Part shown: in pieces, positions 42,241-50,118 of the stretch
How positions within the stretch are numbered: the stretch's first letter is position 1
How the letters are laid out: each line of letters starts with the position of its first letter
Assembly: GCA_963817895.1 (NCBI GenBank)
Contig: CAWFQB010000002.1
Coordinates: 672,001-736,000 of the forward strand
Source: an uncultured Chthonomonadaceae bacterium
Lineage (GTDB): Bacteria > Armatimonadota > Chthonomonadetes > Chthonomonadales > Chthonomonadaceae
DNA length: 64,000 bases
Direction: 5' to 3'
The notes under the pieces: model-generated
Told to the model about the DNA's origin: nothing
Database searches by the model: none
Seen by the model: the letters and a program-made list of their open reading frames with translations, nothing else
Translations under genes and position numbers: made by a program

Positions 42241-43362
42241 ATGAACTTGCAGGAAGCGAAAGCAACGGGCGCGGCTGCATCGGAAGCGGCGGGAGGTAAT
42301 CTCATGCCCCTTCCCCAACTGACGCGGCGCGAAATGATCGCGGGCGGCGCAATCCTGACTGCCGCCGCGCTTGGCGAACCGGCAAGCGCCCGACAGCGCA
42401 AAACCACGCTTTATCAGGCCACGCAGGACTTTCTTGCCACGCTGGACGCGGCGGAAAAGCAAAAGGCCGTTCTCCCGTTTAACACGGAAGAGCGGCTCAA
42501 CTGGTACTACGTTCCCAAAGAGCGTAAGGGGCTGCACTACAAAGACATGAACGCCGCGCAACAACAGGCCGCCCATGCCCTGCTCCTCGTCGGACTGAGC
42601 CAGAGCGGATACAAGAAGGTGGAAACCATCCGGCAGCTTGAAAACGTGCTGCGCGAAATGGAGAACGGCAAGGGCCCGACCCGCGATCCGGGCCTGTACT
42701 ACTTTACCGTTTTCGGCGAACCTGCCGCGCGGGGAACGTGGGGACTGCGCTACGAGGGGCATCACGTATCCCTGAACTGGACATCGCTCAAGGGCAAAAT
42801 CATTGCCAGCAGCCCGCAGTTTCTGGGCAGCAACCCCGCCGAAGTCCGAACGGGAACTCAAAAGGGAACCCGCGTTCTCGCCGCCGAGGAGGATTTGGCC
42901 CGCGCGCTCGTGAAATCTCTCAATGAGGAGCAGCGCAAAACAGCCGTCATCAGCGACAAGGCCCCCGGCGATATTGTCACCACGAACGCGCGTAAGGCGG
43001 GTATTCTGGAAGACAAAGGCATCGCGTACAAAGAGTTGAGCAAGGATCAGCAGGGCATGTTTCTGAGCCTGCTGCACGAGTACGCCAATGTGCAGGTCGA
43101 GGAGATCGCCCGCCAGCGTCTGGAGGCCATTCGCAAGGCGGGCATGGCGCAGGTGAAGTTCGCCTGGATGGGCGGATTGGAACGTGGGCTGCCCCACTAC
43201 TACCGTATTCAGGGCGCGACGTTTTTAGTGGAGTACGACAACACGCAAAACGACGCCAACCACATCCATACCGTGTGGCGGGACTTTCAGGGCGATTGGG
43301 GCGCGGACCTCCTCGCCCTCCACTACCACACCGCCGACCACGATCACGGACACGATGTTTAA
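42241..43362 (+). CDS. DUF3500 domain protein (Tat signal)
   Basis: TRREMI; R..W.YVP..R.G, WG.RYEGHH.SLN, YYRIQG..F..EYDN......NHIH.VWRD..GDWG. Confidence 0.85.
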   Translation: MNLQEAKATGAAASEAAGGNLMPLPQLTRREMIAGGAILTAAALGEPASARQRKTTLYQATQDFLATLDAAEKQKAVLPFNTEERLNWYYVPKERKGLHYKDMNAAQQQAAHALLLVGLSQSGYKKVETIRQLENVLREMENGKGPTRDPGLYYFTVFGEPAARGTWGLRYEGHHVSLNWTSLKGKIIASSPQFLGSNPAEVRTGTQKGTRVLAAEEDLARALVKSLNEEQRKTAVISDKAPGDIVTTNARKAGILEDKGIAYKELSKDQQGMFLSLLHEYANVQVEEIARQRLEAIRKAGMAQVKFAWMGGLERGLPHYYRIQGATFLVEYDNTQNDANHIHTVWRDFQGDWGADLLALHYHTADHDHGHDV

Positions 43363-43376
43363 GTTGAGAGTGGAGA

Positions 43377-43468
43377 CAGGTTCAGCCGTGATGATGTGGG
43401 CGAGTTCCTCGCGCATTATATCAGGCAGAAGACAGGCCGGAAGCGAAATTCGCTTCCGGCCTGTCTTC
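43377..43468 (+). repeat. Direct repeat B1 (92 bp, two hairpins, terminator-like)
   Basis: Aligns without gaps to 44428-44519. Confidence 0.9.
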
Positions 43469-43532
43469 TGTTGTTCTGGCGCATTCTGATGCTGTATGCT
43501 ATAATAGCAAACATAATCGAATTTGCAAACCT

Positions 43533-44048
43533 ATGACAACTAACGTCGCAAACACATTTCTGGAGCATCTGTTCCATCCTGACTGGCCGCTGCCACCGAT
43601 GTGGAAGGATGAAAATACTGCATCGGCTATTGTTGATAGCTGCCTGACAACCGGCGGCGCAACATTTAGCCTGTATTTCGGCAGTCAATCAGAACAATCG
43701 TTGTACGCCGTTGGCCTGGACAATAATCTAACACGGACGCTTGCGCCGGAACAGTTGGATACAGGGTTGGTTTTGTTCATGCGGCAACATCGAGAACTGT
43801 TGGCGCACCCGCGTTGTTGTATCGGTGTCTGGCAGGCGCCTGATGCGGACGGCAGCGAGAAAGTCTGGCTTGATGTCGCGGTTCTTGTCTACAACGAGGC
43901 TCGCGCGCGAGAATTTGCGCAGGCAGGAAACCAAATCGCCTTTTTCGATCTACGACCAGATGGCGCGGGTGAGATTACAACTGGCGGCACGGGCGAGTCA
44001 AGTCTGGAACGATTGCGCCGCCTCGTCGCGCAAGATGTGCCGGATTGA
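43533..44048 (+). CDS. Hypothetical protein, phage-type (possible SAM-lyase-like fold)
   Basis: GGATF...IGVW...WLDV...A..FA...NQIAFFDL...EITTGG; TATAAT about 30 nt upstream. Confidence 0.65.
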   Translation: MTTNVANTFLEHLFHPDWPLPPMWKDENTASAIVDSCLTTGGATFSLYFGSQSEQSLYAVGLDNNLTRTLAPEQLDTGLVLFMRQHRELLAHPRCCIGVWQAPDADGSEKVWLDVAVLVYNEARAREFAQAGNQIAFFDLRPDGAGEITTGGTGESSLERLRRLVAQDVPD

Positions 44049-44063
44049 CAGGAGGGCCGTTTG

Positions 44064-44408
44064 ATGAGCAGTGACATAGCAACAATTAATGACCGACAAC
44101 CAGAGACCGAATTGGGAAAGCAAACGCAATGGATGCGAGTGCGGTTTGCGGGAATGACTTCAGGCCAGCCGCCACGCGCCACGTTTCATGCCACATTAAC
44201 GCTGCGCAGTGGAAATACGCGCCATGTTTCACAGGCAGTTCGCGTGACCGACGAAAGCCTTCAACTTCGGCTTCTGAAACTGCCCGATGGGGCGGAAGTT
44301 CGCGTCTGCACCGAAACGGATTGGGATGCCCCTGATATTCCCGTGACTCTGATTGATTTCTGCTGTGTCGCGCCGGAAATGCCTGATGTTGCGCAGCAAA
44401 CAACCTGA
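44064..44408 (+). CDS. Hypothetical protein
   Basis: AGGAGG RBS right after the upstream stop; 114 aa. Confidence 0.65.
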   Translation: MSSDIATINDRQPETELGKQTQWMRVRFAGMTSGQPPRATFHATLTLRSGNTRHVSQAVRVTDESLQLRLLKLPDGAEVRVCTETDWDAPDIPVTLIDFCCVAPEMPDVAQQTT

Positions 44409-44427
44409 GACTGCAATGGAAGGGCGT

Positions 44428-44519
44428 CAGGTTTAGCCGTGATGATGTAGGCGAGTTCCTCGCGCCTTACATCAGGCAGAAAACAGGCCGAAAGCGAACT
44501 TCGCTTTCGGCCTGTTTTC
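44428..44519 (+). repeat. Direct repeat B2
   Basis: Copy of 43377-43468 with compensatory stem changes. Confidence 0.9.
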
Positions 44520-44562
44520 GTTTCGGCTTGCGCCGGAGTGATAAAGCCTGCTTGTGTCAAAA

Positions 44563-45309
44563 TCAGGCGCGGCGTTTTCGGCTTCGACGCAGCAACAGAC
44601 TACCGCCAACAGTCAGGCTTGCCAGCAAAGCCACATTGCCGGGTTCGGGAACGGCGGTGGCGGTGGGCGCGGCGATAGCGAGAGGGTTTCCGCCGCCTGC
44701 CGGAGCCTGCGAATCGTCACTGGCGAAGGTTTGCAGGGTCAGGGGATCGCCGGTCAGGTCGGTAAGCAGAAACACATCCGCGCCAACGTCCGCAAGTCCG
44801 AGCGTGGGCAGTTCAATACCCGTGTTGTCCAGAATGGCGAAGGTGAACTCATCCGGCGTTCCGCTCGCGTCGGCATTATTGGTCAGCGTCACGTCAAAGT
44901 TCAGTTCGTTTCCCGGCGTGAATGTCTGCGCGAAGTCGTTCAGCAGGTCGGTATCGGTAAGCGTGACGCCCGATGCAAGGTCGCCGGACGCGCCGTTTAT
45001 TGTCGCGGACGTCCCCATGCCGCTGCCCCCGCCAAAATTGAAGTTGAACAGGTGAACCGTATTGTTGGCGTCACCGGGCGTGTTGCCGCTGCCGTCCGTA
45101 AACTGGAAGTTCAGAGCGAACGGCCCCGCCGCGTGGCCCACAAGCGGCGCAGTGTCCATGCGAATGTGGTACGACTGCGTTTGCGCCCCACATAATGCCC
45201 CTGCGCACAGCAGAGCCAGAGCAGAAAACAGGCGCATGGCGCAAGCGGTTTTCAGGGTCAATCCGCGCAAGGGTTGATGAAAGGGGTATTGAAGTTGAAA
45301 AGGTTTCAA
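44563..45309 (-). CDS. PEP-CTERM protein (NF038129-like)
   Basis: Signal peptide; DT..L......L.FQF, F.Q.FTPG..L.F.V, PD.F.F.ILD; ends VPEPGNVALL...RRSRKRR. Confidence 0.88.
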   Translation of the reverse strand: MKPFQLQYPFHQPLRGLTLKTACAMRLFSALALLCAGALCGAQTQSYHIRMDTAPLVGHAAGPFALNFQFTDGSGNTPGDANNTVHLFNFNFGGGSGMGTSATINGASGDLASGVTLTDTDLLNDFAQTFTPGNELNFDVTLTNNADASGTPDEFTFAILDNTGIELPTLGLADVGADVFLLTDLTGDPLTLQTFASDDSQAPAGGGNPLAIAAPTATAVPEPGNVALLASLTVGGSLLLRRSRKRRA

Positions 45310-46850
45310 GGCTGGGTTCCTCCGGCAAGAATGCGCGTGGCGTAGCTGAAAGCCCGATTGGATGGGTTGCTGAATTGCAGCGTGACCGTGACGCTGGCCC
45401 CCGGCGCGAGACGATTACCGGAGGCAGGATACACGGTCATATAGGGACTGTTGAACGGCGCGAGCGATTGGGTCAGGCCGTTTGAGGAAGCCAGAGTCAC
45501 GCCGGGAGACAGGCCATCGAGGGCGAGAAACAGGCTGCGCGGAATGGACGCGGACGAGATATTTTGCAGCGTGATTTGCTGCGTATACAGGTTCGTGCCG
45601 CGATTAAAACGCAGCCCGCCCCGCGTGACGCGCATCTGTGAGGTGACATTGTGGAGGCCGCGATTGTTCAGCAGGACGCTGGCGTCGTCGCTGTTAAAGT
45701 TCGCCGTAACCAGATCGGGAAAGCCGTCGCCGTTGAAATCGCCAACGGTCAACTGGTTTGGGCCGTCCCCGCTAATGGCGTAGGTTTGCGCGGTTCCAAA
45801 TGTGCCGTCTCCGTTGCCGGGCAGAACGCTTACCGAGTTGCCATTGTAGTTGGCGGTAACGAGGTCCAGTTTGCCGTCGCCGGTGATGTCCGCGATGACA
45901 AGGCCGTCCGGCCCCGAACCGCTGTCAATGGGGATAATCTGTCGCGCCTGAAACGTTCCGTCGCCGTTGCCGAAGTAAACGCTCAGAGTGTCGTCGCTGT
46001 ATCCGGGAACCACGACATCAAGATTGCCGTCGTGGTTCAGGTCGGCGACGGCAACGGCATACGGGTTCTGGCCTACCGGCAGATCATTGGACGCTCCGAA
46101 GGTTCCGTCGCCGTTGTTGAGCAGCGTGGAAAAGGTTCCGCCGAAGGAGTTGGCGGTAACGATGTCGAGTTTGCCGTCGTGGTTGACATCGGCAAGGACG
46201 ATGGCCTGCGGGCCGCTACCGGCGGCGTAAAGCTGAACCGGCTGAAAGGTTCCATCGCCGTTGCCGAGCAGAACGCCAACCGTATCATTTTCGTAGTTGG
46301 CGGTGACGATATCCGGCTTGCCATCCCCGTTCACGTCGCCAATGGCAACCCCTTCCGGCACGGCATCCGTCGCGAACGTTTGCTGTGGCTGAAAGGTTCC
46401 ATCGCCGTTGCCGAGCCGGACGGTGACATTGCCATTGTTGGTGCTGGCGGTCACAATGTCGGGCTTGCCATCGCCGTTCACATCCGCGACAGCCATGCTT
46501 TCCGGCCTGCTTCCAACGGCATATTCCTGCGGGTCCTGAAAGGTTCCATCGCCGTTGCCAAGCAGGATGCTGACGCCGCTGACCCGCCGGTTCAGGACGG
46601 CGAGGTCGGGAATGCCATCCCCGTTGAAATCGGCAACTACGGACGCATACGCGCCAAAATCCGTTGGATACCTGTCATCCGGCCCGAAAAGCGGAGGCTG
46701 CGCGCAAGCAGGGCGCGACAGGCTCACAAGGGCAATCAGGGCAAACAGGGCTGCGGACACGGCGAACCGCAAACAGCCCACAGAAGCGATTTTAGCATAA
46801 ATGAGGCGCCGGGTTCGCGCCACATCGGGCGGGAAACACAAGACAGACAT
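45306..46850 (-). CDS. FG-GAP/VCBS repeat secreted protein
   Basis: About 7 D.NGDG.PD.VTAN...V.LGNGDGTF repeats; AAGGAG RBS. Confidence 0.92.
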   Translation of the reverse strand: MSVLCFPPDVARTRRLIYAKIASVGCLRFAVSAALFALIALVSLSRPACAQPPLFGPDDRYPTDFGAYASVVADFNGDGIPDLAVLNRRVSGVSILLGNGDGTFQDPQEYAVGSRPESMAVADVNGDGKPDIVTASTNNGNVTVRLGNGDGTFQPQQTFATDAVPEGVAIGDVNGDGKPDIVTANYENDTVGVLLGNGDGTFQPVQLYAAGSGPQAIVLADVNHDGKLDIVTANSFGGTFSTLLNNGDGTFGASNDLPVGQNPYAVAVADLNHDGNLDVVVPGYSDDTLSVYFGNGDGTFQARQIIPIDSGSGPDGLVIADITGDGKLDLVTANYNGNSVSVLPGNGDGTFGTAQTYAISGDGPNQLTVGDFNGDGFPDLVTANFNSDDASVLLNNRGLHNVTSQMRVTRGGLRFNRGTNLYTQQITLQNISSASIPRSLFLALDGLSPGVTLASSNGLTQSLAPFNSPYMTVYPASGNRLAPGASVTVTLQFSNPSNRAFSYATRILAGGTQP

Positions 46851-46903
46851 AACAAACTCCTTTATACGATAGCAGACAGTCGGCGGGCGCGGCAAACCTG
46901 TAA

Positions 46904-47005
46904 GAGCCTATCCTCACAGGGAAAAGCATTTACGTCCTTCGGACGTTTAGCCGCAGGCTACGCAGACGGGTACGTTCTCTGTACCCGGCCTATTGGGACA
47001 GGCTC
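46904..47005. mobile_element. MITE-like palindromic element, copy 3 (more diverged)
   Basis: TAA|GAGCCTATCC...GGACAGGCTC|TCA; retains both internal hairpins. Confidence 0.7.
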
Positions 47006-47035
47006 TCATGCGCCGCATCCGCCGACAGGGAAGCG

Positions 47036-48493
47036 TCAGGGCTGAACGCCGCCGGCAAGAACGCGCGGCGTGTAGCTGATGGCGCGGTTGGACGGATTGC
47101 GGAACTGAAGCGTGGCCGATACAGCCGCTCCGGGCAATAATCCCCCGGCAGGCACATACACGCGCTGATAGGGGCTGTGAAGCGTGCCGATGTTTTGCGT
47201 TGTGCCGTTGGAGGAGGCGAGCGTCACGCCCGGAGTCAGGTTGTCCACCGCGAGGAACACGCTGCCGCTGAACGTGTTCAGGCCGGTATTCTTGAGCGTC
47301 ACTCGCTGCGTGTACAAACTGGTTCCAGTTGCAAGTTTGGGGACGCTGGCGGACAGGGAGAATTGGGAACTGATGTTGGCCCCGCCCTCGTTGTTGAGCA
47401 GAACGCTGATGGAGTTGCCGGCCGTGTTGGTCGTGATGATGTCGGGCTGGCCGTCGCCATTCAGATCGGCAAGCACAACGGCGGCGGGGCTGGTTCCGGT
47501 ACGATACGGGGTTGCCGCGCTCAGGCTGCCATCCAGCATACCGCGCAGGGTGTTGACCTGATTGCCGCCCGTATCGGTTATCACATAATCGGGTTGGGCG
47601 TCGTCATTCAGATTGGCAATGGCAAGGCTGCTCGCGTTGCTGCCGCCATCGTAAAGCGCGTCCTGAAAGGTTCCATCGCCGTTGCCGAATCGCGTGCGGA
47701 GGTCCGTGCCGCCATTCGCCGCGACAAGGTCGAGAAAGCCGTCGTTGTTGACATCTACTGCCACGACGGCAACCGGATTCGGGGCGGTGGGCAATGTGGG
47801 GGCGGGCGTGAAGGTTCCATTGCCGTTGCCGAGCAGAACGCTAAGGGTCGCGTCGCCGTAATTGGGCGTCACAATATCTAGTTTGCCGTCGCCATTCAGG
47901 TCGGCAAGAACCACGCCGCGCGGCTGGCTGCCCACAGCAATCGCCACCTGCGGCTGAAAGGTTCCGTTGCCGTTGCCGATGAGGATGCTGATCGCGCCAT
48001 CGCCGGAATTGGCGGTCACAATGTCGGGCTTGCCGTCGCCGTTCAGATCGCCAATGGCAAGGCCGTCAGGATTGCTGCCAACGGGAAGCGTGGCCTGTGG
48101 CTGGAAAGTGCCATTGCCGTTGCCGCGCAGGAGGGAAACCGTATTGTCGTCGGCGTTGACCGTGACGAGATCGAGTTTACCGTCGCCATCCAGATCGGCA
48201 AGGACGAGGGCGCGGGGATTGTTGCCGACAGCCACCATGCGCTGCGGCTGAAAGGTTCCATTGCCGTTGCCGATGAGGACGCTGACGGAAGCGTTTCCGG
48301 CATTGGCGGTCACAATGTCGGGGATGCCATCGCCGTTCAGATCGCCGACGGCAGACGCCGAGGGCCGGAGTCCGACCCCGGTAGTGATAGCCGCCTGAAA
48401 CAGAATGGGCGGGTTGATGCACCCGGACAACGCGCAGGCGGCAAAGCCGAGCAGCGCGCCGGGAAGCGTGAGCGAACGTGTGCGGTTCATCAT
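47036..48493 (-). CDS. FG-GAP/VCBS repeat protein, probable lipoprotein
   Basis: LSGC lipobox; DLNGDG.PDIVT repeats; C-terminal domain shared with 45306-46850. Confidence 0.92.
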   Translation of the reverse strand: MMNRTRSLTLPGALLGFAACALSGCINPPILFQAAITTGVGLRPSASAVGDLNGDGIPDIVTANAGNASVSVLIGNGNGTFQPQRMVAVGNNPRALVLADLDGDGKLDLVTVNADDNTVSLLRGNGNGTFQPQATLPVGSNPDGLAIGDLNGDGKPDIVTANSGDGAISILIGNGNGTFQPQVAIAVGSQPRGVVLADLNGDGKLDIVTPNYGDATLSVLLGNGNGTFTPAPTLPTAPNPVAVVAVDVNNDGFLDLVAANGGTDLRTRFGNGDGTFQDALYDGGSNASSLAIANLNDDAQPDYVITDTGGNQVNTLRGMLDGSLSAATPYRTGTSPAAVVLADLNGDGQPDIITTNTAGNSISVLLNNEGGANISSQFSLSASVPKLATGTSLYTQRVTLKNTGLNTFSGSVFLAVDNLTPGVTLASSNGTTQNIGTLHSPYQRVYVPAGGLLPGAAVSATLQFRNPSNRAISYTPRVLAGGVQP

Positions 48494-48748
48494 CCTGGAT
48501 TTTCCTGTCAATAGATAGATTGGGAAACGTGACATCTGTTGCCGGAGCAACGGACGCGAAAGGCGACAACGACTTGAGTGCGATTGTCGGGGCGCGATAT
48601 TCCCGCGCCCGTAACAAAAGCTCAAGTCCACGAGGTCAGTATAAGGGGCAAACGTGGCATGAAACGTGGCAAAAAAGACCTTAAAACAGGATATTCGCAG
48701 AATTAAGCCGCTTTTTGACAGCAAAGGTAAATAAGTGGGTACGAATGT

Positions 48749-48781
48749 CTAACACCCGGATTGTTATAATCCGGGTGTTAG
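48749..48781. terminator. Perfect hairpin (terminator or operator)
   Basis: CTAACACCCGGATT-gttat-AATCCGGGTGTTAG. Confidence 0.5.
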
Positions 48782-49146
48782 GCCTGGGGCTAATGGATTG
48801 TCAGGACTGGGGCTAATGGACGCTTCCAGAATGGGGGGCGCGCAGCGCGGGAAGTCCGCTAAGTTTGAGTTGCTTCTGATTACGCGCCTGCGGGCGAAGT
48901 TCGTCCTGCGTCCCGATGCCGCCCCAATGGACAACCGCAACGCCGAGACATGCCAGAGCTACCCCTGCGATAGCCATAGCATAAGGCAGGTTCAGGCCGG
49001 AAATCGGCATTGTGTCGGCGTGGGGCAGACCTTTTGCCTTACCCGATGTTGAAAGCGACGCGATATTGTTGTGGCGACGATGAATGGTGATGACTTTTGC
49101 CAATGTATTTTCTTTCTCTATATAATGCGCCAGGCGCCTGCCAGTA

Positions 49147-50004
49147 TCAATTCTTCCAGAATGTCGTAAGCCCTGCCTGCGCCTGTAGGTATGCAAGGCA
49201 CGTCTGGGATGCCCCCGGGTAGGCTGGCCCGTCCGGGTTGGCGCACCACTTCCCATAGTCTTCCGCGCGCCTGGGAAAAGCGACCTTTGTGCCATCGGAG
49301 TAGACGCCGCCCTGCCAGGACAGGGATTTGGCATGACCATCCGCGTACAGCATATTAAAATGACCGCCATGCCGCAGGTCACTGTTGTGGCTGCCCGCGA
49401 AATTACTCAGTATCGCATTGTAAGCAACCGTGTAGAATGGATAATCGTAGGTATCGCCGAAAGCGAAGGTGTCAGCGGGAGCGGCCAGAGCCGCCAGAGA
49501 TTGGCCGGCGGCCACATACGCGTTGCCTGCCTGGTAAACAGGCTGCGCCAATCCTCCGCCGCCATAAACGTTGACACCAAAATTGTAGCCATAGCCCATA
49601 CAGCGATCACTGTGGAACCCGACTTCGGTAAATCCCTGGCTGTTGCAATCCCTGGCGGTTCGGTCGGGACAAAGGAAAACGTCCTCATTGTTGATGTAGG
49701 AACGGAGGGCGGTGGAAACATCATAGGCGAGATTAGAGGACGCGCTCCCGACGAGAACCAACGTGGGGTAAGTCTCATCGTTGTCTTGCGTGTACATAAT
49801 CAGAGCGCTGCCAAGCTGTCTGGTATTGCTCAGGCAGGCCGTCTTGCGCGCGCTTGCCCGAACTTGCGCAAACACAGGAAAGAGGATCGCGGCAAGAATC
49901 GCGATGATCGCGATGACGACAAGCAATTCTATGAGTGTGAAGCCATAGCGTCGGCCTCGTATCAACGGCCAACTGGAAGGGTCGTATGAACTGAAAGTGT
50001 GCAT
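49147..50004 (-). CDS. Prepilin-type DUF1559 / H-X9-DG protein
   Basis: [43 protein letters not shown]. Confidence 0.92.
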   Translation of the reverse strand: MHTFSSYDPSSWPLIRGRRYGFTLIELLVVIAIIAILAAILFPVFAQVRASARKTACLSNTRQLGSALIMYTQDNDETYPTLVLVGSASSNLAYDVSTALRSYINNEDVFLCPDRTARDCNSQGFTEVGFHSDRCMGYGYNFGVNVYGGGGLAQPVYQAGNAYVAAGQSLAALAAPADTFAFGDTYDYPFYTVAYNAILSNFAGSHNSDLRHGGHFNMLYADGHAKSLSWQGGVYSDGTKVAFPRRAEDYGKWCANPDGPAYPGASQTCLAYLQAQAGLTTFWKN

Positions 50005-50118
50005 TGTTTATTCCAATCTGAGGCGCGGAACACGCCGTAAATGACAAATATAGCAGAGTATTGGCAGCAGTATCCGTGAACCTTACCCATCATGCGCAGA
50101 TATTCCTGGAGTTGATTG

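Noticed and set aside
45651..47045. Long antisense ORFs (also 6841-8193, 4338-5318, 42166-43197, 59405-60313)
   Set aside because: They are shadows of well-supported genes on the opposite strand in GC-rich DNA, with no motifs.
48813..49146. Small ORF between the pilin-like and FG-GAP genes
   Set aside because: Overlaps the upstream gene, has no family motif and no clear start; a short membrane peptide cannot be excluded.
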